25,717 nucleotides of DNA from an uncultured Chloracidobacterium sp. (GCA_964608335.1 CAZSOE010000001.1:1-25717); one strand, 5' to 3'; shown: positions 16,433-24,506, counted from the stretch's first letter. The notes: a model not told the origin generated them from the sequence alone. Translations and numbers: made by a program.

Positions 16433-17578
16433 TCACTTTCCCGCCGCCGCGGCGACCGCGTCCGTGTGGGACTTCGGCACCGGCATCCTCCCCAATACCA
16501 GATGGCACTTTACGCACGTGAATCTAGCGTCGCTCTTGCGTTTGTCGATCTCGAAATTGAGAGCGCCGCCGTCATCGGACGTCGGCGTCGCGTGACATGT
16601 CGCGCAGGCCGTCACGGGCACGCGCTTTGTCGCGGCATCGAGCGTATTCATTGCGGTCACGTTGTGGCAAGTCGCGCACGCCAACTCTTCGTGCGCAAAG
16701 AACTCGTGCCGAAAGGTCCCGGATGAATCGCGTTTTGCCCATGCATCTCGCATGGGTTTCTGCTGTATGCCTATGACAGCGGCGAGTTTCAGGTCAAGGT
16801 CGGCCGCAGGCTCCATCGGCCGCAGTTTGTGGCACGTACTGCATGTCTGCGGCTCTGGCTGGATACCGGTATCGGCAGAATGACACGTGAAGCACGTTGT
16901 GTGTCCCAGCGGCGTACTCTTGAACGTACCTTTCTTCAGCCAGAATTTGTCGCCCAGGTCCGCGGGAGGTTTCGTTAGATATTCATCGTCCGATTTCCCC
17001 TGGGGGGCGACCGTCTGATGACACACGGCACAGCTTGCCTCGGGTTGATCGACGTACGATGCTCGAATGAACGCCGCGCCCGAGCGCTTGTGTGCCGAAA
17101 CTATCTCGATATGCTTGTCGTGCGGGAACTGAATGGCAAAGTCCGATCGGTGCGGTTTCCCTTTTGGTGAGTTATCAAAGATCTCGCGCGGATTTGGAAA
17201 GGGGTGCCGGGACGAATTCCGAGGCGATGGGTTTGTGTGACAGATCGAGCAGATCGCGGGCGGAGATCCGCGAAAGAACTGTTGGGTGTGACACTTCAGA
17301 CATGATTCGTGGCGTGGATATTCGGTGACATCAGGAAAAGCCGCATCTCCGGTACGCACCTTGTTCCAGTTCGAGGACGGAAACTTATGACAGGAGCTGC
17401 ACTCGATTCCGTGGGCTTTTGTAGCGTGCGGGAATTCGCTGTATTTTGGTTTTTTCGGCGTCGGTTGCGGCGCGGGGTTGGCGGCGAGCGGTCTATCGGA
17501 TACAAAAAGCGCCGCACCGGCGGCAAAAAGGGCCAGGACGGTGAGTTGTAAGACCGTTCCCGAGCTTCGCGAAGTCAT
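16433..17578 (-). CDS. Nonaheme cytochrome made of three c7-type triheme modules with insertions, 381 aa
   Basis: Signal peptide, Pro-rich linker, 9 CXXCH (CSSCH, CLKCH, CSICH, CAVCH, CFTCH, CSTCH, CATCH, CATCH, CVKCH), same FxH..H repeat pattern. Confidence 0.85.
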   Translation of the reverse strand: MTSRSSGTVLQLTVLALFAAGAALFVSDRPLAANPAPQPTPKKPKYSEFPHATKAHGIECSSCHKFPSSNWNKVRTGDAAFPDVTEYPRHESCLKCHTQQFFRGSPPAICSICHTNPSPRNSSRHPFPNPREIFDNSPKGKPHRSDFAIQFPHDKHIEIVSAHKRSGAAFIRASYVDQPEASCAVCHQTVAPQGKSDDEYLTKPPADLGDKFWLKKGTFKSTPLGHTTCFTCHSADTGIQPEPQTCSTCHKLRPMEPAADLDLKLAAVIGIQQKPMRDAWAKRDSSGTFRHEFFAHEELACATCHNVTAMNTLDAATKRVPVTACATCHATPTSDDGGALNFEIDKRKSDARFTCVKCHLVLGRMPVPKSHTDAVAAAAGK

Positions 17579-17599
17579 TGTAACAACTACACTTGCAAC

Positions 17600-17642
17600 A
17601 TTTTAAGCCAACTGCTCACTGCTAAATGTGATAGAAGTCACA
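17600..17642 (-). promoter_or_regulatory. Class II CRP-type promoter for the nonaheme pair
   Basis: AAATGTGA-TAGAAG-TCACA (core 17627-17642) and minus-strand -10 TAAAAT (17605-17600); the box centre falls at -41.5. Confidence 0.85.
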
Positions 17643-17667
17643 CTCTGCGTCGGGCGAACCCGCATAG

Positions 17668-17683
17668 TGTGAAGTTTTCCGCA
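17668..17683. promoter_or_regulatory. Putative activator/operator site upstream of the ntrC-like gene
   Basis: TGTGA-AGTTTT-CCGCA, intermediate between the CRP box and the UAS-like motif; centre 41 bp from the CRP box. Confidence 0.45.
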
Positions 17684-17714
17684 CTTCGTTTATTCTAGTG
17701 CCGTCCCTCATTTT

Positions 17715-19115
17715 ATGTCATCCGCAACGGGAAAGGTCCTGATCATTGATGATGACCGCTTTGTGCGCATGGCGCTCGGCGAGGCGCTGAGATCTTGGGA
17801 GTACGATGTAATCGAAGCGGACACCGTGAGATCGGGCGAGCAGTTGTTCGCCGATGAGGAACCACCGATCGTCCTGCTCGATATCGACCTGCCCGACGGC
17901 TCGGGTCTGGATCTGCTCACGCGGATCAAAGAAAGAAACCCCGAATCGGTCGTCGTCATGATAACCGGAAATGTCGATATCGAGAATACGGTGGCGGCGC
18001 TCCGCGGCGGTGCGCACGATTTTATCGGCAAGCCGGTCAGGATCGAGGAGCTTCGGGTAACGCTCCGAAACGCAAGCGAGACGCGCGAGCTTCGGCGGGA
18101 GGTGAGCCGAGCGCGTAGCGAGAGAAAGCGCGGTTTTAGTTTTGACGAGATCATCGGCGAGTCTGCCGCGATGCAGAAAGCGATAGACCTTGCGCGCCGC
18201 GTTGCCGAATCGGATGTCTCATCGATCTTGCTGAACGGCGAGACGGGCACCGGCAAGGACCTTTTCGCGCGGGCGATACACTTCGCCTCCGATCGCGCCG
18301 ACCGGCCCTATCTTGCTATCAACTGCGCGGCCCTGCCAGCCAGTTTGATCGAATCCGAACTCTTTGGCTACGAAAAGGGCGCGTTTACCGACGCGAAATC
18401 GAGGAAAGAAGGATTGTTCGAACAGGCCCACGGCGGGACGATCTTTCTGGACGAGATCGGCGAGATGGAACTCGCTCTTCAGGCGAAACTTCTTCGCGTG
18501 CTCGAGGAGGGTGAGTTCCGACGCGTCGGCGGTCTGAAAGATATCAAGTACGACGCGCGGATCATCGCTGCTTCAAACAGGAACCTGAAACGCGAAAGCG
18601 AGGCGGGAAACTTTCGTCTCGATCTCTACTTTCGCCTTTCGGTGATCCAGGTGGACATTCCGCCGCTTCGCGAGCGCGGTGACGACGTACTTCTGCTTGC
18701 CCGGTACTACATTGAGAAAGCGAATCAGAAGCGCCCGACGCGCGTGCTCGGCGATCTTTCGCCGGAGGTTCAAAAGCTGTTCAGAACTTACGATTGGCCG
18801 GGGAACGTACGCGAGCTAAAGAATGTGATCGAGCGTGCCTCGATTCTCGAGGACGGCAAGCTCGTAACCGCAGCGCACATGCCCGCCGACATGCTTGGCG
18901 GCTCGCGAACAGTCGGGACCGGCGATTCGGCCCTATCGCTTCCGGCCGGCGGCGTATCGCTCGAGACGGTCGAGTTTGAACTCGCAAAACAGGCCTTCGA
19001 CCGCGAGGGCGGCAACCTCACGCGCGCGGCGAAACTCCTCGATATTTCACGCGACCAGCTCCGTTATAAGCTGCGGAAAGGCGGGTTCGAGCCTCATGGG
19101 ACTGAAACGAAATGA
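17715..19115 (+). CDS. sigma54-dependent response regulator (REC-AAA+-HTH; NtrC/AtoC/ZraR family), 466 aa
   Basis: IIDDD, LLDIDLP (phospho-Asp), Walker [39 protein letters not shown], Fis-type [23 protein letters not shown]. Confidence 0.95.
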   Translation: MSSATGKVLIIDDDRFVRMALGEALRSWEYDVIEADTVRSGEQLFADEEPPIVLLDIDLPDGSGLDLLTRIKERNPESVVVMITGNVDIENTVAALRGGAHDFIGKPVRIEELRVTLRNASETRELRREVSRARSERKRGFSFDEIIGESAAMQKAIDLARRVAESDVSSILLNGETGTGKDLFARAIHFASDRADRPYLAINCAALPASLIESELFGYEKGAFTDAKSRKEGLFEQAHGGTIFLDEIGEMELALQAKLLRVLEEGEFRRVGGLKDIKYDARIIAASNRNLKRESEAGNFRLDLYFRLSVIQVDIPPLRERGDDVLLLARYYIEKANQKRPTRVLGDLSPEVQKLFRTYDWPGNVRELKNVIERASILEDGKLVTAAHMPADMLGGSRTVGTGDSALSLPAGGVSLETVEFELAKQAFDREGGNLTRAAKLLDISRDQLRYKLRKGGFEPHGTETK

Positions 19116-21049
19116 CCGACGGTGCAGAAATTGAGGCGGCTCACTCGGCGGGAGTCGGCAAGGAAGTTTTCAAGGAGTTGTCTGACCTCAAGTTCGCGCT
19201 CGACCAATCGGCTATTGTGGCAGTGACCGACCAGACAGGTCGCATCACATACATCAACGACAAGTTCTGCGAAATATCAAAATACTCTCGTGACGAGCTG
19301 ATCGGTCAGGACCACCGGATCATCAATTCCGCATATCATCCAAAGGAGTTTATCCGTGAACTGTGGACGACGATCGCGCGCGGTCAGGTTTGGCGTGGCG
19401 AACTCCGCAACCGGGCGAAGGACGGAGCGATCTACTGGGTCGATACGACCATCGTTCCGTTCGTTGACGAGCGGGGCAAGCCGTTCCAGTACGTCGCGAT
19501 CCGGTACGAAATAACGCAGAGAAAGCTCGCAGAAGAGCGGATCCGTCAGCAGGCATCGCTGCTCGACAAGGCGCAGGACGCCATCCTCGTTTGTGACCTG
19601 AACTTTCAGGTTCTCTATTGGAACAAAGGCGCTGAAAGAATGTACGGCTGGCCCTCGGCTGAGGCTTTTGGCCGACACATCGCGGACCTGGTGAACGGGG
19701 GCGACCGACGGGACGTTGAGGCGGTTCGTTCGGCGCTTGAGACTTTGGACGAGTGGAAGACTGAGGTCCGCCAGGCAAGGCGCGGCGGCGAGAGGCTGAT
19801 CGTCGAGACCCGCTGGACGCTCGTCCGCAACGAAAAGGGCGAGCCGGACTACTTTCTGATCATCAACACAGACGTTACGGAACAGAAACGCGCTGAAGAG
19901 CATCTCCTGCGGGCCCAGCGAATGGAATCGATCGGTACATTGGCCGGCGGGATCGCGCACGACCTGAACAACATCCTTTCGCCGATAATGATGGCCGTCG
20001 ACATGCTCCGTCTTCAAGACCCGGACCCCGGAACGGCCCGCTGGCTGAAGATGATCAAGGAGAACTCAGAACGCGGGGCCGATCTCATCAAACAGGTGCT
20101 AACCTTCGCACGCGGCATGACTGGTGAACGGATCCCGGTCCAGCTGAAACACCTCATCAAGGAACTCATAGGCGTGCTAAAAGAAACTCTCCCGCGCTCG
20201 ATCACACTCGATTTCGAGATCGAACCTGAACTCTGGACGATCTCGGCCGATCCGACACAGATCCATCAGGTGTTGATGAACGTGTGTATCAATGCGCGTG
20301 ATGCGATGCCCGGCGGCGGCCGCCTGAGCATATCGGCGGCGAACACGACGGTCGATGACAACTATGCGAGGATGAATATCGATGCGCTTCCCGGTAATTA
20401 TGTCCTCCTGACGATAACCGATTCGGGTGTCGGAATGTCACACGATGTGGTCAAGCGCATCTTCGACCCGTTCTTTACCACCAAGGATGTGGGTGAAGGA
20501 ACAGGTCTCGGCCTGGCGACGACCATGACGATCGTCAAGAGCCACGGCGGTTTCATAAATGTGTATTCCGAAGCGGGAAAGGGCTCGCGGTTTTCTGTTT
20601 ACCTCCCCACCGCCGACACTGGCCACCAACCGGCCGTCTCCGGGTCGGCCGCGGCGCTTCCGCGGGGGAGGGGCGAGATGGTGCTCGTCGTCGATGACGA
20701 GGAGAATATTAGGGATGCTGCCGAAGCAACGCTTACACAGTTCGGCTATTCAGTGGCGACTGCGGCCGATGGAGCAGAGGCCCTCGCCGTATTTGCCGAA
20801 GAACGCGGCGCTGTGAAGGCAGTGCTTACCGACATGGCAATGCCGCATATGGATGGCCTGGCCCTCGTCCGCGCTCTAAAGCGTCTCGACCCGGCCATCC
20901 CGATCATTGCCATGAGCGGCCTCGTCAACGAAGCTCAGTCGGTCGAGCTCGAGACTACAGGCGTCAAGGCTTTTCTTGCCAAGCCATTTACCGCGGAGAA
21001 GCTACTCAGCTCGATCGCCGAAGCGCTCGGGTCGGCTGACGAATCGTGA
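19112..21049 (+). CDS. Soluble PAS-PAS hybrid histidine kinase with C-terminal receiver, 645 aa
   Basis: Two PAS/PAC domains, H-box [13 protein letters not shown] boxes ([26 protein letters not shown]), [11 protein letters not shown]; no TM segment; ATGA overlap with the regulator. Confidence 0.95.
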   Translation: MTDGAEIEAAHSAGVGKEVFKELSDLKFALDQSAIVAVTDQTGRITYINDKFCEISKYSRDELIGQDHRIINSAYHPKEFIRELWTTIARGQVWRGELRNRAKDGAIYWVDTTIVPFVDERGKPFQYVAIRYEITQRKLAEERIRQQASLLDKAQDAILVCDLNFQVLYWNKGAERMYGWPSAEAFGRHIADLVNGGDRRDVEAVRSALETLDEWKTEVRQARRGGERLIVETRWTLVRNEKGEPDYFLIINTDVTEQKRAEEHLLRAQRMESIGTLAGGIAHDLNNILSPIMMAVDMLRLQDPDPGTARWLKMIKENSERGADLIKQVLTFARGMTGERIPVQLKHLIKELIGVLKETLPRSITLDFEIEPELWTISADPTQIHQVLMNVCINARDAMPGGGRLSISAANTTVDDNYARMNIDALPGNYVLLTITDSGVGMSHDVVKRIFDPFFTTKDVGEGTGLGLATTMTIVKSHGGFINVYSEAGKGSRFSVYLPTADTGHQPAVSGSAAALPRGRGEMVLVVDDEENIRDAAEATLTQFGYSVATAADGAEALAVFAEERGAVKAVLTDMAMPHMDGLALVRALKRLDPAIPIIAMSGLVNEAQSVELETTGVKAFLAKPFTAEKLLSSIAEALGSADES

Positions 21050-21102
21050 TCTTCCATAAACTTTGCGCCGATCCCCACACCCGGCTCTCACGTTCAATGC
21101 AC

Positions 21103-21118
21103 TGGCACAGAATTTGAT
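21103..21118 (+). promoter_or_regulatory. Deviant sigma54-like site for the DUF5335 gene
   Basis: TGGCAC-AGAAT-TTGAT: perfect -24 element and spacing, but -12 GC is replaced by GA. Confidence 0.45.
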
Positions 21119-21185
21119 TAACCTTTATTCCGGGTATCCTTACCGACAGCCCATCGTCGCGCTTCTCCGGCGACAGGGAGGAATA

Positions 21186-21572
21186 ATGAATTACGCGATT
21201 GACGATAAGGAATGGCCGCGTTTTTTTGAGGAGCTTAGCAGGTATCGCTATGGCTGGAAGACCGCGATAGAGATCCTGAACTCCGATGTGGGTGGACAGG
21301 TCCTCACGGAGGGGCTAGCGCTCAACGGTGTTACCGCCGCAAAGGCCAATGGAAAGCCCGGGATCGAGATATCGATTGGACTAAGCGCCGAAGCTCATCA
21401 GACCCACACGCTCCGACAACCGGTGCGCGTCTCGCTTTTTGCTGGAACCGAAGCCCATCGTGACGTAGTGAGCATCGAAGAACTCGACGGAACACAGACA
21501 CTTATCAGGTTCATCGAGCCGCGGGGCCTGCTCCTCGCATTCAAAGAAATGCGTATGGCGGCCGTGGCCTGA
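21186..21572 (+). CDS. DUF5335-family protein, 128 aa
   Basis: SD GGGAGGA, ATG 21186; EWPRFFEELS...IEIL..DVGGQ...GLALNGV...HQTHTLRQPVRV...IEELDGTQTLIRF. Family recalled, not searched. Confidence 0.7.
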   Translation: MNYAIDDKEWPRFFEELSRYRYGWKTAIEILNSDVGGQVLTEGLALNGVTAAKANGKPGIEISIGLSAEAHQTHTLRQPVRVSLFAGTEAHRDVVSIEELDGTQTLIRFIEPRGLLLAFKEMRMAAVA

Positions 21573-21587
21573 GAGACAAACGAAAAA

Positions 21588-21624
21588 CGCGAAAAAAATC
21601 TGCGGGCGCGCGAGTTTTTCCACA
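21588..21624. promoter_or_regulatory. Tandem putative upstream activator sites
   Basis: CGCGA-AAAAAA-TCTGC (weak) and CGCGA-GTTTTT-CCACA; centres 21 bp apart, as at 2094-2130. Confidence 0.55.
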
Positions 21625-21665
21625 GGCACATCTCCGCGGAGCCTTGGAAATAGTGCATTTATCCG

Positions 21666-21681
21666 CGGCACGCCTTTTGCG
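21666..21681 (+). promoter_or_regulatory. sigma54 -24/-12 promoter for the small membrane protein
   Basis: CGGCAC-GCCTT-TTGCG, exact spacing. Confidence 0.75.
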
Positions 21682-21734
21682 AAGATGAGCGGCAATGGCC
21701 CTTGGGCCTATCTTCAGCGGAGGTCATTTTACGT

Positions 21735-22040
21735 ATGTCGCCCAGATTCTATGCTCGTTTGTGGATGCTCTACGCCGCCGTGCTCGCCGCCGTTTGGCTG
21801 GCAGGTTCGCTCTCGATGTTCGCACTGGTTGTTTTTGGCTTCATCGCGTTCGGCATGGTCTTTACGGGGATGATGTGCGTGCTGCCGGCCGCGGTCGGGC
21901 CGCACGCCGGCGAAGTGTCATCGGCGCGACCGGGCCCGGTCCGCCTCTTTGAGCGAAGGGTTGTCACCGGGGCCGTGGACCTGCTAAATCGCGTGTTTGT
22001 CCCGGCCGGCGTCGAGATCAGGCGGCCTCGATTTCACTAA
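21735..22040 (+). CDS. Hypothetical two-TM membrane protein, 101 aa
   Basis: GGAGG at 21719-21723, ATG 21735; two hydrophobic helices followed by a basic tail; own sigma54 promoter. Confidence 0.65.
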   Translation: MSPRFYARLWMLYAAVLAAVWLAGSLSMFALVVFGFIAFGMVFTGMMCVLPAAVGPHAGEVSSARPGPVRLFERRVVTGAVDLLNRVFVPAGVEIRRPRFH

Positions 22041-22084
22041 ATAGCCGTCGGCCCGACGGCGCCCTCCCGTGACGAGGAACCGCC

Positions 22085-22114
22085 TTGACCACGTCACTTC
22101 CGGCGGCGTATCAT
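22085..22114 (+). promoter_or_regulatory. sigma70 promoter for tRNA-Leu
   Basis: TTGACC-N18-TATCAT, 12 nt before the mature tRNA. Confidence 0.7.
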
Positions 22115-22126
22115 CGTAAATTCGCC

Positions 22127-22215
22127 GCCGGAGTGGCGAAATTGGTATACGCACCAGACTCAAAATCTGGCGGGATTCACTTCCCATGTCGGTTCGAGTC
22201 CGACCTCCGGCACCA
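22127..22215 (+). tRNA. tRNA-Leu(CAA), 89 nt
   Basis: Acceptor GCCGGAG/CTCCGGC, A discriminator, encoded CCA; anticodon arm CCAGA-CTCAAAA-TCTGG (CAA at 22161-22163); long variable arm; T-arm GTCGG-TTCGAGT-CCGAC. Confidence 0.97.
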
Positions 22216-22238
22216 CAACGAACCGATCAAAGAGGCTT

Positions 22239-22270
22239 CGGCACACTTCGTGGGTGTGCCGTTTTCTTTG
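22239..22270 (+). terminator. Intrinsic terminator after tRNA-Leu
   Basis: CGGCACAC / GTGTGCCG 8-bp stem, then TTTTCTTTG. Confidence 0.8.
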
Positions 22271-22287
22271 TTTATAATTCACCTAAG

Positions 22288-23319
22288 GTGAACCTCTCAG
22301 ATCTTGACTACGAACTGCCGGGGGAATTGATAGCCCAGCAGCCGCTCGAGCATCGCGACGCATCGCGGATGATGGTCGTCAATCGGCACAGCGGCGCGAT
22401 CATCGATCGACGGTTCTCGGAGCTGCCCGAGCTGCTGCGAGCGGACGATCTGCTCGTCCTCAACGACACTCGTGTCTTTCCCGCGCGCCTTCTCGGCCGA
22501 ACGGAGACCGGGGGAAAGGTCGAGATATTCCTCGTAGCCGACCGCGGCGACAACATATGGGAGGCGCTCGCTCGTCCCGCAAAACGGCTGAAGCCGGGAA
22601 AAACAGTCGTCTTTGGCGATCACCTCTCGGGTGAAATGGTCGAACGAACACCAAGTGGCGCGGTCCTTATCCAGTTTCTCTGCGATGGCGACCTTAGCAC
22701 CGTCATCGATGCTACCGGCCGAACGCCGCTGCCGCCATACATTCGCCGCGACCCGGACCAACAAGACGACGACCGCGACCGCTATCAAACGATATACGCA
22801 GCAAACCGCGGTTCGATAGCCGCGCCGACCGCCGGACTGCACTTTACGCCAGAAGTCTTAGCTGCGGCTAGAGACCGCGGTGTTGATGTGATCGAGATCA
22901 CACTGCATGTCGGTTATGGAACGTTCGAGCCGGTACGCGTCGACGATATTTCGCGACATGCGGTGGCGGCCGAAAGTTTCCGAATTGACGAGGCTGCGGC
23001 TGCAAGGTTGAACGAGGGACGCGCCGGCGCGCGACGGATCGTAGCCGTCGGCACGACGACCACCCGTGCACTCGAATCGAACCTCCTTCGATTCGGCCGC
23101 TTCACCGCGGGCGGGCATACTGCCGACCTTACGATCACACCCGGCTACCGCTTTCGTGCGGTCGATTCGCTTCTGACCAATTTTCACCTGCCGCGGAGTT
23201 CGCTCCTCATACTTACTTCCACATTCGGCGGCCACGACCTTATAATGAGGGCATACAGGCGTGCGGTTGCGGACGGTTACCGCTTCTACAGCTATGGCGA
23301 CTGCATGCTGATCGAATAG
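22288..23319 (+). CDS. queA: S-adenosylmethionine:tRNA ribosyltransferase-isomerase, 343 aa
   Basis: DYELPGELIAQQP, LNDTRVFPARL, PLPPYI, RYQTIYA, GSIAAPTAGLHF, TLHVGYGTF, VGTTTTR, TNFHLP, YRFYSYGD. True start is GTG 22288; the listed 22186 start overlaps the tRNA. Confidence 0.97.
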   Translation: MNLSDLDYELPGELIAQQPLEHRDASRMMVVNRHSGAIIDRRFSELPELLRADDLLVLNDTRVFPARLLGRTETGGKVEIFLVADRGDNIWEALARPAKRLKPGKTVVFGDHLSGEMVERTPSGAVLIQFLCDGDLSTVIDATGRTPLPPYIRRDPDQQDDDRDRYQTIYAANRGSIAAPTAGLHFTPEVLAAARDRGVDVIEITLHVGYGTFEPVRVDDISRHAVAAESFRIDEAAAARLNEGRAGARRIVAVGTTTTRALESNLLRFGRFTAGGHTADLTITPGYRFRAVDSLLTNFHLPRSSLLILTSTFGGHDLIMRAYRRAVADGYRFYSYGDCMLIE

Positions 23320-23321
23320 AC

Positions 23322-23855
23322 GTGGCAGTTCTCGAGACCATCAGGAGTTTGTTTGTCCCGACGTTCGTGGTTGAGCCCGAGATCGTCGTGCCTGCCCCCG
23401 CGACGACTTACGACATCAGGCCGCTTACGCGGGACCATCTCTCTGAAGTGCTCCGCCTTAACATTCGCTGCTTCCGCAACGGTGACAACTACACGAAGTA
23501 CACCTTCGATTATTTGCTGAAGGAACCGCGTACGATCAGCTATCAGATAACGACACCAGTGGGAGAAATGGTCGGGTTTGTTTTCGTGATGGTAAACGAT
23601 AATAATGCCGCGCATCTTACGACCATCGGCGTCGCGCCTGAACACCGAAGGCGAGGGGTTGCGCGTCTGCTGCTCGCACACATCGAGGACGCGCTTCGCG
23701 CTCGAGATGTAGGCACGATCATGCTCGAGGTGCGTGTCGCCAACACCACCGCCCGCGACCTTTACCGCAGCTTTGGCTACGTGATCGTTCAGCGCATCGG
23801 GCGTTACTACAGCAACGGCGAAGACTGCTTCTTGATGATGAAGGCGATCTACTAG
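23322..23855 (+). CDS. rimI: RimI-like GNAT N-acetyltransferase, 177 aa
   Basis: HLTTIGVAPEHRRRGVA, IMLEVRVANTTARDLY..FGY, RYYSNGED. Confidence 0.8.
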   Translation: MAVLETIRSLFVPTFVVEPEIVVPAPATTYDIRPLTRDHLSEVLRLNIRCFRNGDNYTKYTFDYLLKEPRTISYQITTPVGEMVGFVFVMVNDNNAAHLTTIGVAPEHRRRGVARLLLAHIEDALRARDVGTIMLEVRVANTTARDLYRSFGYVIVQRIGRYYSNGEDCFLMMKAIY

Positions 23856-24506
23856 TTGGACCTCAAGCTTCCCGCCATATATCCGATAACCGACACGAGT
23901 CTGTCGGGTCTGACGCACGCAGAACAAGTCGAGCGTCTCGCATTGGGCGGAGCTACGCTCGTGCAGCTTCGCGAAAAACATCTGTCGCCGCGCGCGTTTT
24001 ACGAAGCAGCGCTCGCGGCGCGCGATGTTGCCGACAGACGCGGTGTCAGGTTGATCATAAACGACCGCGTGGACATCGCCCTGGCCGTCGGAGCGGACGG
24101 CGTCCATCTTGGCCAGGATGACATGCCGGTAGCTGCCGCCCGGGCCGTACTTGGGCCCCGCAGTATCATTGGTTTTTCAACACATTCGATCGACCAGCTC
24201 GCCGCCGCGGCCGATCTTCCGCTTGACTACGTAGCCGTCGGACCGATCTTCGCGACCACGACAAAATCAGATCCCGACGCCGTGGTCGGTCTCGACGGCC
24301 TTCGTGCCGCCCGTCTGGCAGCCGGAAACCGGCCTCTCGTAGCGATCGGAGGGATCGACGCCGGGTCCCTTGCATCTGTTCTCAAATGCGGAGCGGACTC
24401 GGCTGCGATGATCGGGGCTTTAGTCGCAGAACCAGACAGAATCAGCGCACGGTTGGCCGCACTCTCGGCCGCGATTTGTCAGATCAACGACGTTGATAAC
24501 AGTTAA
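23856..24506 (+). CDS. thiE: Thiamine-phosphate synthase, 216 aa
   Basis: LVQLREK, LIINDRVD, DGVHLGQDD, GFSTH, YVAVGPIFATTTK, VAIGGI; TTG start. Confidence 0.95.
   Translation: MDLKLPAIYPITDTSLSGLTHAEQVERLALGGATLVQLREKHLSPRAFYEAALAARDVADRRGVRLIINDRVDIALAVGADGVHLGQDDMPVAAARAVLGPRSIIGFSTHSIDQLAAAADLPLDYVAVGPIFATTTKSDPDAVVGLDGLRAARLAAGNRPLVAIGGIDAGSLASVLKCGADSAAMIGALVAEPDRISARLAALSAAICQINDVDNS

Noticed and set aside
17594-17610. sigma54-like TGGCTT-N6-TTGCA on the minus strand
   Set aside because: The spacer is one base too long for sigma54; a sigma70 -10 with a CRP box at -41.5 explains the region better.
21064-21079. TGCGC-CGATCC-CCACA as a UAS or CRP site
   Set aside because: GC-rich spacer, poor left half, and too close to the deviant sigma54 site.
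282-22126. The EET locus as a mobile island bounded by two tRNAs
   Set aside because: No integrase, transposase or tRNA-Leu duplication is visible, and the tRNA-Ala remnant orientation places its element to the left. An old acquisition cannot be excluded.
24483-24497. Palindrome ATCAAC-GAC-GTTGAT
   Set aside because: Half-sites are inverted relative to an FNR box, and it lies within the thiE coding sequence.
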